NCBI GenBank assembly: GCA_038889075.1
Contig: JAWAHS010000007.1
Coordinates: 11,387-75,386 of the forward strand
Direction of reading: 5' to 3'
DNA from: Ignisphaera sp.
GTDB lineage: Archaea; Thermoproteota; Thermoprotei_A; Sulfolobales; Ignisphaeraceae
Length of the DNA stretch: 64,000 nucleotides
Part shown: positions 10,433-19,839 of the stretch, in pieces
Position numbering within the stretch: the stretch's first letter is position 1
How the letters are laid out: every line of letters starts with the position of its first letter
Position numbers and translations under genes: made by a program
The notes under the pieces: model-generated
The model's input: the letters and a program-made list of their open reading frames with translations, nothing else
The model's database searches: none
What the model was told of the DNA's origin: nothing

Positions 10433-10690
10433 CTACCTACCCCTCTTAACTACAACTATCCTCCACACACCACGTCCAACGTTATCCACGGAGAGAACGT
10501 CATGGCCATCATCACGCATGGCTCTAGGAACATTTTCACATGATGGTGGATTGTCTGTTACAATCTCCAGTACATCGCCTTCCCCAATCTGTGATAGAGC
10601 CTTTCTAGCATATATAACGGGGTAGGGACATACATACCCTCTTACATCCAAGAGATACCTCCTCTTATCAATTCTACTAAACTCAACCAT
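10433..10690 (-). CDS. TusA/SirA/YeeD family sulfur carrier
   Basis: LDVRGYVCPYP motif; 85 aa. Confidence 0.93.
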   Translation of the reverse strand: MVEFSRIDKRRYLLDVRGYVCPYPVIYARKALSQIGEGDVLEIVTDNPPSCENVPRAMRDDGHDVLSVDNVGRGVWRIVVVKRGR

Positions 10691-10743
10691 TTAAGACCAC
10701 TATAGTATAGTGTGTGCAACCAGCTATTTAAAATTCTTTCGCA

Positions 10744-10758
10744 AATAACAGTGTTATT
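10744..10758. promoter_or_regulatory. Palindromic operator AATAACA-G-TGTTATT
   Basis: Perfect 7-1-7 palindrome about 10 bp from the tusA TATA-like box, in the divergent tusA/yeeE region. Confidence 0.75.
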
Positions 10759-10792
10759 AAAATCGAGGAAAATGTTTATGCGGCAACTCTTA

Positions 10793-10809
10793 AAATAACA
10801 ATGTTATTT
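10793..10809. promoter_or_regulatory. Palindromic operator AAATAACA-A-TGTTATTT
   Basis: Perfect 8-1-8 palindrome abutting the TATA-like TCTTAAAA upstream of yeeE. Confidence 0.78.
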
Positions 10810-10828
10810 GATTAAGAATATAGGGTAG

Positions 10829-12043
10829 ATGCACATGCCTACATCCATGGGCTATATAGGCTATATAAGAGATAGGTTTAGGACAGCAGTATTTAGTAAT
10901 AGTGGATGGTCTCCGGTTATTGCAGGGGTTTTGATAGGTTTGATACAGATTATATCATATGTGTGGGTAAATAAGCCATTTACAGTGTACGCAGGTTTTC
11001 TAAATTGGGGGCAGCATATCTATAGCAGTTTAGGGATTAAAATATTCGGAGTTCCAAAACAGTTGCCACTATTTGAGCCTACTTCGACAGGTGACATAGG
11101 GGTTATTATAGGAGCTTCACTAGCTGCAGCACTATCAGGCGAACTAGCATTAAGAAGAGTTGGTAGAGCTATCGATGTTATTGAGGCAGTTGTAGGCGGT
11201 ATTTTAATGGCGTTAGGTGTATCGCTGGCCTTCGGCTGCAACTGGGGCGGTTTCATTTCAGCAATAACGTCATGGAGTCTGCATGGCTTTGCCTTCCTTA
11301 TAGGTGCTGTTATTGGTGGACTGCTAGGTCTACGCTATACTATTTATAGAATAGAGAGTGAATGGAGAAAGAGCCTATCTATGGTCTATGAAAAACGGGC
11401 GCTACTTAATAGTGACAGTAGTAGCAGAGATGCAAGTTACATGCTACTGATACCATTAATAGCGCTAGGTATCCTAGTGGCTTACTATGCTATAGTGGGT
11501 AGCTATATGGTTGGGGGAATGCTCATGGGCACTATTGTTGGTATTGTTTTGCAGAGGTCGAGGTTATGCTTTGCAACAGCATTTAGAGATCTATTCAATG
11601 GACCTGAAAATAGAAGAGCTCTAGATATCCATAAGGGCATAGCGGTAGCTATTCTAGTGGGGTCTGTGGGAGTCTTTGCACTAAAGTATATGGGGATCAG
11701 AGACCCAATGATATCGGTATCGCCAGTTCATGTTACAAATGTTTTAGGGGGGCTGATCTTCACTTTTGGTTCAATAGTGGCTGGAGGATGTGCCTCAGGA
11801 GTACTATGGAGGGCTGGGGAAGGCCATATGAAGTCCTGGATTGCCATATTATCAACTGTATTAGCATACCCTATATTCGCATCACTACTACGACCGCTAA
11901 CCTCATCTTTTCCAAGAGTATTTTTACCAGCTGTGGTAGGATGGATAGGAAGCTTTGTAGCGATGCTGATCTTTATCGCAGCATACACTACAGTGATATA
12001 CTACCTAGAATATAGATACGTAGGTAAACAACGTTTGCATTAG
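10829..12043 (+). CDS. YeeE/YedE (TsuA) family thiosulfate/sulfur-compound transporter
   Basis: Two-repeat membrane protein with the conserved Cys motifs FGCN, QRSRLCF and GGCASGVLWR. Confidence 0.92.
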   Translation: MHMPTSMGYIGYIRDRFRTAVFSNSGWSPVIAGVLIGLIQIISYVWVNKPFTVYAGFLNWGQHIYSSLGIKIFGVPKQLPLFEPTSTGDIGVIIGASLAAALSGELALRRVGRAIDVIEAVVGGILMALGVSLAFGCNWGGFISAITSWSLHGFAFLIGAVIGGLLGLRYTIYRIESEWRKSLSMVYEKRALLNSDSSSRDASYMLLIPLIALGILVAYYAIVGSYMVGGMLMGTIVGIVLQRSRLCFATAFRDLFNGPENRRALDIHKGIAVAILVGSVGVFALKYMGIRDPMISVSPVHVTNVLGGLIFTFGSIVAGGCASGVLWRAGEGHMKSWIAILSTVLAYPIFASLLRPLTSSFPRVFLPAVVGWIGSFVAMLIFIAAYTTVIYYLEYRYVGKQRLH

Positions 12044-12117
12044 GTCGTTAAATGGCTCCTAGGTCTTTAGGTAAAGCCATTTTTTAGGTTATGTAGGGTA
12101 AGACTTTTAAGTGTATT

Positions 12118-12134
12118 AAATAACATTGTTATTT
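12118..12134. promoter_or_regulatory. Palindromic operator AAATAACA-T-TGTTATTT
   Basis: Perfect 8-1-8 palindrome between the TATA-like TTTTAAG and the thiF ATG (12144). Confidence 0.78.
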
Positions 12135-12143
12135 GTGATCTAA

Positions 12144-13193
12144 ATGAAAGTTTATCCAGAGGCTTTTGCGGATTATATTGAGAGGTATTCAAGGCAGATA
12201 ATGGTTTTAGGTGTTCAGAATCAGTTGAAACTCTCAAAGGCTAGAGTAGCAATAATCGGCTGTGGGGCCACCGGAAGCAGTGTCGCAGAGGTTCTGGCTA
12301 GAGCTGGTGTGGGCTTTATAAGAATTGTTGATATGGATTTTACTGAGATTAGCAATCTCCATAGAGTTCACCTCTATACAGAGGCGGATGCAAGAAACAG
12401 TATTTTGAAGGCTTTTGCATGTAGGAGGCACCTAGTTGAGATTAACAGCTCTATTGAGGTTGAATCAATTGCAACTGCTGTGGATTCGTCAAATATAGAG
12501 GAGCTTGTAGGAGATGTAGATCTTGTTATAGATGGTACTGATAATATCGAGATCAGACTTCTAATAAATGAGGCATGTGTGAAGCTCAGTAAGCCATGGA
12601 TCATGATTGGTGTTGAGGGGTGGTATGGGATGGTGAAATTTATAGACGCAGCAAAAACTGCGTGCCTCAGATGCTTTATTACAAGTACACCTAGGAGGAG
12701 ACAGAATGCATGTAATATTATAGGTGTTGTCAATACGGCTGTATTTATTACAACAGCAATAGCATCTACGCTAGCATTAAAGCACCTTCTTGGATGTGAT
12801 GTAGATGAAGAGCTGTTTATAATCGATAGCTATAGCCTACACATAAAGAGGGTCAAGGTGCTCAAGAATTCGAGATGCCCCGTCTGTGGATTAAATATAT
12901 TTGAACACCTATCAAAGTCCGATGAATCTAATATAAGGATATGCGGAGGCAACTCCGTAGAAATACGGCCGCAGAGAAAAGTTGAGATAATGCTAGAGAA
13001 GCTAAAGAAGGAGATGTTTAGACGTGAAAATATTATCATTGAGGATCACATAGCCTACATACATAGAGATGGTGTACAGATGGCACTCTTTAGAGATGGA
13101 AGAGCACTCATCAAGGGGATTACAGATGTTGAGGAGGCTAAAAAGCTTTACCACAGTATATTGGATGAATTGAGGAAATACGTCGCAGATTAA
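12144..13193 (+). CDS. ThiF/MoeB/HesA family E1-like adenylyltransferase
   Basis: RYSRQ, GCGATG, SNLHR, DGTDN, Zn-binding CLRC and CPVC, and the candidate catalytic Cys in NAC. Confidence 0.93.
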   Translation: MKVYPEAFADYIERYSRQIMVLGVQNQLKLSKARVAIIGCGATGSSVAEVLARAGVGFIRIVDMDFTEISNLHRVHLYTEADARNSILKAFACRRHLVEINSSIEVESIATAVDSSNIEELVGDVDLVIDGTDNIEIRLLINEACVKLSKPWIMIGVEGWYGMVKFIDAAKTACLRCFITSTPRRRQNACNIIGVVNTAVFITTAIASTLALKHLLGCDVDEELFIIDSYSLHIKRVKVLKNSRCPVCGLNIFEHLSKSDESNIRICGGNSVEIRPQRKVEIMLEKLKKEMFRRENIIIEDHIAYIHRDGVQMALFRDGRALIKGITDVEEAKKLYHSILDELRKYVAD

Positions 13194-13419
13194 TAGCTAA
13201 ATAAAGTTTTCCCTTAACGTCCCCCTGAAGTTCAATATACCAGGGATTCGGATACTGTTTTCCAATAATATAAAGGAAAATAGAAGATTATTTGTAAGGG
13301 GGATTCTGTTATAGACTGGCAAATAGCAATATTTAACGTGCTTCTCATTATCTCTTTACGAATTCTAAAGCTCCCGACTTTTCTTCAATGGGCATAACGC
13401 CAACATCTACTAAAGTCCT

Positions 13420-13810
13420 CTATGCATACATTAACTCTACACCTAAGATGGTTCAAGTCCTTCAGAACTATTACCGCACCGTATCTATACACTCTCTGCT
13501 ATCCTGCCACTTAGCTTATGTGCATAGTCCCACAAGACATTTTTAATTCTTTCACAATATCTCTCAATATCTCTCCTAGCTCCCTTGACGAATCTCCGCG
13601 ACTTGGGATGGCGCTTCTGATCCTCTCAATCTATATTCTGTGGGTTAGGAGTCCTCCTGTAGGTGTCTTGAACCTTTCTAATCCAAGTAGTGTGCTACTG
13701 ATATCAACAAACCGCTAGAGTTACGTTGTTGAAGTTCACATCCACAGTTATGACAGCTCTGCGTTGTTTCCTTAACTTAGCAGCTTCCTGAAGTATGTGG
13801 AAATACATCT
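13420..13810 (-). pseudogene. tnpB: Degenerate IS200/IS605 tnpB (RNA-guided endonuclease) fragment
   Basis: Hand translation across frameshifts gives VITVDVNFNNVTLAV (RuvC-I), RFKTP..LTHRI*IERI, KNVLWDYAHKL and IVLKDL (RuvC-II, E replaced by K). Confidence 0.85.
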
Positions 13811-14223
13811 AATTGCAAGTCAAAGATATGATTGGATATGCTCTATATGAGTGGAGAGCTTATGGTAAGTCTCCTATTCCTATATATTGTTGAGCTCTTC
13901 TAGGTTTATGTGTAGTGAGGGTACTGTGTAACCGTAGTAGGAGTGTCTGGTTGTTTTTGGTGGAAATACGTTCTTCTCTATGAGTACTTTCCTTAGTATT
14001 GCAATCTGATGGGTTAAGGTTCGAGATATCGAGATTCCCGATTCTACTATGCCACGAGATTTGGTTGGGTAATGTACGGCTTTTCCAGCGCAGTTCAATA
14101 TGTAATAGTATGTAGAGTATTGTAGCATTTATAGATGTTTTTACCATACTTATATGAATAAATATTTAAAAAGATTAAACTATGAAATAGTGGTAGCTAC
14201 CTGTATCCAGGTGCTGATGAGCA

Positions 14224-16125
14224 ATGCATGGTGCTAGATCTGCTAATGATATGGAGAATCTGGTGCTGTATTTAGATAGGGTCCTCTCACCTAAAATGTA
14301 CGAAAGGCTTATGAGGATTAGGGATCCTTCGCTACACAGATGGATAGCAAGAATAATTAGCATAGCTAGACCCTCATCGGTATATATACTCACTAGTGAT
14401 GAAGATGATGCTGTATATGTAAGGAGAGCTGCTATTGAGAGAAGAGAAGAGTTGCCCACCAAATACCCTATGCATACCGTACACTTTGATGGTATTAACG
14501 ATCTTGCTAGAGATAGGAAGAACACCAGAATACTGCTTCCTCACAATAGAAGCATTCCCTTCTTAAACACATACGATAGGGAGATGGGTATTGCAGAGAT
14601 CTTTAGGCTAGCTGAAGGCATTATGGAGGGTAAGGAGATGTTTGTAGCTTTTTACTGTTTCGGTCCCAGAAATTCGGATTTCACTATGTACGCTGTGCAG
14701 GTAACCGATTCAGCATATGTCATCCACTCTGAAAATATTCTATATAGACCCTGCTACGATGTTTTTGTCGAGAAGGCACCGCATATAGAGTATGTAAAGT
14801 TCTTCCACTCAGCTGGGGAGCTAGATGAAAATAATTGGTCTAAGAATGTAAATATGAGAAGGATATACATAGATGTTGTCGATAGTGCTGCCTACAGCAT
14901 AAATACCCAGTATGCTGGAAATAGCGTTGGTCTTAAGAAACTCATGCTTAGAATGTGTATCTATAGAGGATGTAGAGAGGGATGGTTATGCGAACACATG
15001 TTTATTGTTGGAGTTAGAGGGAATGGTGATAGGATAACGTATTTCACAGGTGCTTTTCCCGCTGGATGTGGTAAAACTTCAACTGTTTTTGCAGCTGATA
15101 CAATTGTTGGAGACGATATAGCTATAATCAAAGCTATAGATGGTGTAGCTAGAGCAGTAAATCCTGAGGTAGGGATGTTTGGTATCATAGATGATATCAA
15201 CCCGGCAGATGATCCTGCACTCTACCAGCTACTAACATCACCAGAGACGGAGGTTATATTTACAAACGTACTTCTAATGGATGATGGAGAGGTATGGTGG
15301 AGAGGAAAGCCAGAGCCACCTAAACCAGGCATCAACTATGCTGGAAGGTGCTGGCCTGGAAAAGGTGATGGAGGGGATAACGAAGTTCCGCTTTCCCATC
15401 CAAATGCTAGATTCACTATGTCCATAAGGTATCTAAATAATCTAGATCCAAGGATAGACGACCCCAATGGCGTTCCCATACAAGGTATGATCTTCGGTGG
15501 AAGAGACTACCACACACTACCATCAGTTGTAGAAGCCTTTAACTGGATCCACGGCATAATTACCATGGGCGGTGCTCTAGAGTCAGAGAAAACAGCTGCT
15601 ATACTCGATGGAACCAGTGAAATGGAATTTAATCCGTTTGCCGTACTAGACTTCCTACCAATATCTATTGGAAGGTTTCTAGAGCTTCACCTAGATTTTA
15701 GTAGAAAGCTTTCTTCCAAACCCAGGATATTCAATGTCAACTACTTTTTAAAAGATGAAAATGGTAGATTCATAGCAGGTAAAAGTGATAAGAGGGTCTG
15801 GCTTAAATGGATGGAGCTTAGGGTACACGGAGACATAGATGCGGTAGAGACCCCCATAGGATACATACCTATCTACAGCGATCTCGCCAAACTATTTGAC
15901 CGATACCTTGGCAAAGAGTACAGTGAGGCTAGATACGAGAAGGAATTCACAATCATGATAGCCAGTCTAATCAGTAAGATAGAGAGGCTGTGGAACATAT
16001 ACTCTGCAATACCCGATACACCACCGATACTCTTTGAGACGCTAAGAATCCAGAAGAAAAAGTTAGAAGAAGCAAGGTCTAGCTACGGGGATAAGGTAAA
16101 GCCATTCAAATTCAGCAAGATTTAA
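14224..16125 (+). CDS. pckG: Phosphoenolpyruvate carboxykinase (GTP)
   Basis: GWLCEHM, GAFPAGCGKTS, VGDDIA, NPEVGMFG, HPNARF and FGGRD. Confidence 0.96.
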   Translation: MHGARSANDMENLVLYLDRVLSPKMYERLMRIRDPSLHRWIARIISIARPSSVYILTSDEDDAVYVRRAAIERREELPTKYPMHTVHFDGINDLARDRKNTRILLPHNRSIPFLNTYDREMGIAEIFRLAEGIMEGKEMFVAFYCFGPRNSDFTMYAVQVTDSAYVIHSENILYRPCYDVFVEKAPHIEYVKFFHSAGELDENNWSKNVNMRRIYIDVVDSAAYSINTQYAGNSVGLKKLMLRMCIYRGCREGWLCEHMFIVGVRGNGDRITYFTGAFPAGCGKTSTVFAADTIVGDDIAIIKAIDGVARAVNPEVGMFGIIDDINPADDPALYQLLTSPETEVIFTNVLLMDDGEVWWRGKPEPPKPGINYAGRCWPGKGDGGDNEVPLSHPNARFTMSIRYLNNLDPRIDDPNGVPIQGMIFGGRDYHTLPSVVEAFNWIHGIITMGGALESEKTAAILDGTSEMEFNPFAVLDFLPISIGRFLELHLDFSRKLSSKPRIFNVNYFLKDENGRFIAGKSDKRVWLKWMELRVHGDIDAVETPIGYIPIYSDLAKLFDRYLGKEYSEARYEKEFTIMIASLISKIERLWNIYSAIPDTPPILFETLRIQKKKLEEARSSYGDKVKPFKFSKI

Positions 16126-16648
16126 TGTAAAAGTTGCCACCACAATGCTCTTCTACAAGGATTTTACTAATGTACTCTATTAAATCCTTCAATCTATGTA
16201 GAAGAAGTCGAATAAAGAAAATACGGTGATCCTGTAGCTAAAATCATTTTGATAGAGAGATAACGGGCTTCGATTAAATCTGTAGTTTAACAGCACCTCT
16301 AATGCAATGTTAATACCTTTGGAACCCATTTCCCTTGAAGAGAAAAGGGTGTTTTTCTAGTCTACCCAGAATTGCTAAGGAAACGATAGAATTGCTAAGC
16401 ACGGATTCCGCTATGGATGGTGCAAGCAATTCGATATGGGAATGGTATTCGGTATGCAACCTAGACTCAGAAAATCATTTAATATACATATAGCAGAGCT
16501 GATATTTGTTTAAAACAGTAATTGGTTTTCCTCTGATCATACAATTCCAAACATATCAAGGAAAGTATCTATGCTAGCGATTCGTAATAGTAGAGAGGTA
16601 TACATAGGTTCTGGTACACCTAAAATAGATCCTATAGTTGAAAATGTA

Positions 16649-17182
16649 CTATTTCTTTATGTACTTCTGCACAATATTTTTAATAGTATCATCTATACCA
16701 AGTTCTTTAGATGCTCTTTCAATTTCCTTCTCCACACCATCAATGATGTCAGCTACATCGAATCCTAGAGACTTGTATTCCAAACCCTTAACATATGTTG
16801 CTATATAGTTACATAGTTTTGCCACTTTGGACTCCACATCATCTTGATTAGTGTAGCTAATGTAGAGTTTTTTGATGGTATCACTATCTATGCCTTCCTC
16901 TACAAGCCGAAGCTCGATAACCTTCTTACGATCACCTACTTCAGAGCTGAATACCTTAACGATATCACCGGTAAAAGCCTCGCCAATATCATGAACAATT
17001 GTATAGAGAATAAGTTTTCCAAGATCAACGCCAATTCTACTTCCAATATCCAAGCATATGTATGAGGATAGGAAACTGTGCTCAGCTATGCTTTCTGCTA
17101 AATATCTCGGTACACCTCTTAGCATCCAGCCACTTCTAGCTGTAGAGATTAGAGACTTTGCAATACTTACGGTATTCTTCAT
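16649..17182 (-). CDS. HD-domain hydrolase (YfbR/5'-deoxynucleotidase-like)
   Basis: RSGW, ESIAEHS and HDIGEAFTGDI. Last gene of the isc operon. Confidence 0.88.
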   Translation of the reverse strand: MKNTVSIAKSLISTARSGWMLRGVPRYLAESIAEHSFLSSYICLDIGSRIGVDLGKLILYTIVHDIGEAFTGDIVKVFSSEVGDRKKVIELRLVEEGIDSDTIKKLYISYTNQDDVESKVAKLCNYIATYVKGLEYKSLGFDVADIIDGVEKEIERASKELGIDDTIKNIVQKYIKK

Positions 17183-17220
17183 ATATTCCTACCTCGATGT
17201 TCTGTAGGTAGCTATTGCCA

Positions 17221-17559
17221 CTATTTTAATCTGTACTGTGGTTTGGGAAGATCTAGATGTTCTCTAAATCTAGTGCATATACTGCACATATCTAGCTCTA
17301 GTCCACTGGCAATCTCATCTGTAAGCTCATCGACTATTCTACTTACTCTACCATCTCCTAATACCCTTTCTAGATTGTGTAATCTTCTCCTCCCCTTTAT
17401 AACATAGTTTAGTAGTGGTTGTGGTAGACCAACAGCTTTTGCAGCCTGTAGTTGGGAAAAGCTATACCTCTCTATAAGATTCAATGCTATAGCTACCCTT
17501 ATAGGCGTTGAATAGATTTTTATAAATAGTTCACAAAACGATTTCCTAATCATATCCAC
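17221..17559 (-). CDS. HTH transcriptional regulator with N-terminal CE and C-terminal CxxC (COG2522-like)
   Basis: FCE..., the HTH SQLQAAKAVGLPQPLLNYVIKGRR, and MCSIC. Confidence 0.85.
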   Translation of the reverse strand: MDMIRKSFCELFIKIYSTPIRVAIALNLIERYSFSQLQAAKAVGLPQPLLNYVIKGRRRLHNLERVLGDGRVSRIVDELTDEIASGLELDMCSICTRFREHLDLPKPQYRLK

Positions 17560-17571
17560 AACCCTAAAAAT

Positions 17572-17790
17572 CTACATTCTAACAATATGTATCTCGAAAT
17601 ACCCACCTCTAACAATAACCTCTATACTACCTATACTAAAAGCTTTTACCGTCTCCACAATCACATCTACACACATCTTCGATGATGTTAACACAACTAG
17701 TTTGGTGTTCTTATCCATCTTAGATAGCTCTCTAACAGTTTTTACCAAAGGCCCTGGACATTCCTCGCCTCTAAAATCCAGCAGATGCAT
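17572..17790 (-). CDS. TusA family sulfur carrier
   Basis: LDFRGEECPGP motif. Confidence 0.9.
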   Translation of the reverse strand: MHLLDFRGEECPGPLVKTVRELSKMDKNTKLVVLTSSKMCVDVIVETVKAFSIGSIEVIVRGGYFEIHIVRM

Positions 17791-17803
17791 GTAGATTCCT
17801 CTA

Positions 17804-19042
17804 TCAACTTGGTTTCAAAGAACTTATACTCCTAAGTCTTTCAACAGCCTTTGGCGTAACATCTAGTGTATAGTCTATATCCTCTTCTCTATGGTAGTGC
17901 GATAATTTGAATAGTATACTTCCATGGGCCTCCTCATGCTTCCTGCCAATAGCTAGCAGTACATGGCTTGGCTCTAAAACTCTACTAGTACACGCACTAC
18001 CGCTGGAAACATATATTCCATTGAGACTAAGCTCTACTGTTACAGCTTCCCCCTCGATATACAGAAAGCTTAGATTTGCATTATTCGCTACCCTGTACCT
18101 CACATGCTCATCCCAGGGCCCATTTACAATAACTGAGGGGATCTTCTCAACTAGTCCGTTGATGAGCTTATCCCTAAGTCTTTCAACATAGCTGACCCTA
18201 TAGTCAAAGTCTCTGAAAGTTATTTCCACAGCTTTTTTAAAACCCGCTATGAGGGGGGTGTTTTCAACCCCTGGCCAAATTTTTTCAACACTTAACTGCC
18301 CTCTTATAGGGGGCTCCAGCTCCACATCCCTTTTAACATAGAGGACCCCTACACCCCTAGGGCCGTGAATCTTATGGCTACTTATAGTCATCATGTCGAC
18401 GCCAAGCCTTCTAACATCTATGGGTATCCATCCATAGCCATCAGCGGCATCAGTATGAAATACAGCATCCGGATTCATATCCTTAACAACATCTATAAGC
18501 TCCTTTAATCTCTGTATAGTGCCAATCTCATGGTTTACAGCCTGGATGCTTACTAGAACAGTATCCTTATCAATATACATTTTGAGTAGCTCTGGATCCA
18601 CAAGACCATTTCTATCAACAGGGATGAGCTGCACCTTAAATCCAAGTAGCTCTGAAGCAAATTGCGCTGGAAATATAGTGCTCAGATGCTCTATGGCTGA
18701 TAGAACAACCCTACCTCCCCTACCTCTATTCTTTAGAAGATAGCCAAGTATAGCAAGATTGTTTGCCTCTGTACCACTGTGTGTAAACACAATCTCTTCA
18801 GGATCTACACCCCCTATAGTTTTTGCAACCAGCTCTTTTGTTTCATAGATAACCTCTAGGGCTTCCCAACCAACTCTATGTGTTATGGATGGATGTCCAT
18901 AGCCCACCCTATTAAAGTAGGGTATCATAGCCTCAACAACTTCCTGGGGGACAAAACCACTGTTCTCTAAATCGTAGTAAACCTCTCTAGAGGGCTTTCC
19001 ATGCACCTCTAGAAACTCCCTTATCTTCCCAGACATGGACAT
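17804..19042 (-). CDS. iscS: Cysteine desulfurase, IscS/NifS group I (atypical)
   Basis: SGTEANN, EH, the PLP-binding Lys in SSHKIHGPRG, and the catalytic Cys in SSGSACTS..EPSHVL. Confidence 0.92.
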   Translation of the reverse strand: MSMSGKIREFLEVHGKPSREVYYDLENSGFVPQEVVEAMIPYFNRVGYGHPSITHRVGWEALEVIYETKELVAKTIGGVDPEEIVFTHSGTEANNLAILGYLLKNRGRGGRVVLSAIEHLSTIFPAQFASELLGFKVQLIPVDRNGLVDPELLKMYIDKDTVLVSIQAVNHEIGTIQRLKELIDVVKDMNPDAVFHTDAADGYGWIPIDVRRLGVDMMTISSHKIHGPRGVGVLYVKRDVELEPPIRGQLSVEKIWPGVENTPLIAGFKKAVEITFRDFDYRVSYVERLRDKLINGLVEKIPSVIVNGPWDEHVRYRVANNANLSFLYIEGEAVTVELSLNGIYVSSGSACTSRVLEPSHVLLAIGRKHEEAHGSILFKLSHYHREEDIDYTLDVTPKAVERLRSISSLKPS

Positions 19043-19044
19043 GT

Positions 19045-19296
19045 CTATTCAGTACCTCTTCTAGCTATAATAAAAACCGACTTACCATCTATATTCTTCA
19101 ACTCTTTAATATAGTAGTTGTATCTAGACAGGAAGAACTCCATGGCGTTTATAGGTATATCATCTAAGTTAATGTATATCCTAATCTCATCAACATTCCT
19201 TCTACTAATCTCTGATAATTTGTTGGATAGTACAACAACTGGGTGTGATGTACATGTACTTGGAATATTTCTGAGATCCATTTCCTCGACTTTCAA
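19045..19296 (-). CDS. Divergent TusA-like small protein
   Basis: DLRNIPSTCTSHP resembles DxRGxxCPxP; size and predicted secondary-structure pattern fit TusA. Confidence 0.65.
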   Translation of the reverse strand: MKVEEMDLRNIPSTCTSHPVVVLSNKLSEISRRNVDEIRIYINLDDIPINAMEFFLSRYNYYIKELKNIDGKSVFIIARRGTE

Positions 19297-19808
19297 CGGC
19301 TTTCACCCGAGGTTAGAGCCTTTAAAGATCTATAGTATCTCTCCACCATCTCCTCCTCTTCAAAAACCTGCTTCTCCTCAACAGTAAGATCTTTTGGAAG
19401 CCACGAAGGGCTCTCACCAACCCTCCTATAGTAGGCCCTTATACCTCTCTTCAAAGCACCTACAGCCAAAATGCTGCAGTGGTACTTAATTGGTGGGAGG
19501 CCCCCCAGCACATCGGATATCTCCCTCCACGTTATTTTCCACGCATCTTCAAGCTTTCTACCAGTTATCATCTCAGTTATAATACTTGCAGCAGCGATAT
19601 TAGCTGCACATCCATAACTTTCAAAACCAGCCCTTTCCACATAATCACCATCACCCCTCCTGCTAATCTTAAGATAGAGTTTTATCATATCGCCACATGC
19701 AGGGCTACCGGCACTTTCAACAACAGTCGCATCGCTTAAAGGCCCTAGATTCCTAGGGTTTCTAAATAGCTCTAGAATTTTTGGGCTATAGGGTAGCGGT
19801 ATTCTCAT
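19293..19808 (-). CDS. iscU: Fe-S cluster scaffold IscU/NifU-N
   Basis: NPRN, GSPACGD, YGCAA and PPIKYHCS (three Cys). Start is ATG 19808, or TTG up to 19826. Confidence 0.95.
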   Translation of the reverse strand: MRIPLPYSPKILELFRNPRNLGPLSDATVVESAGSPACGDMIKLYLKISRRGDGDYVERAGFESYGCAANIAAASIITEMITGRKLEDAWKITWREISDVLGGLPPIKYHCSILAVGALKRGIRAYYRRVGESPSWLPKDLTVEEKQVFEEEEMVERYYRSLKALTSGESR

Positions 19809-19824
19809 ACTCAATCCAACCACC

Positions 19825-19839
19825 AATAACAGTATTATA
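19825..19839. promoter_or_regulatory. Degenerate operator AATAACA-G-TATTATA upstream of iscU
   Basis: Matches the palindrome at 13 of 15 positions and lies between the TATA-like box and the start. An identical copy survives at about 7558-7572. Confidence 0.6.

Noticed and set aside
13860-14147. Two overlapping short minus-strand ORFs upstream of pckG
   Set aside because: No recognisable motif. Possibly a pseudogene scrap, but it cannot be assigned.
16369-16399. Direct repeat AGAATTGCTAAG, two copies
   Set aside because: Only two 12-bp copies 19 bp apart, which does not fit CRISPR geometry. No further support.
17804-19042. IscS as DndA of a DNA phosphorothioation system
   Set aside because: No dndBCDE or ssp genes are nearby, and the context is iscU/tusA.
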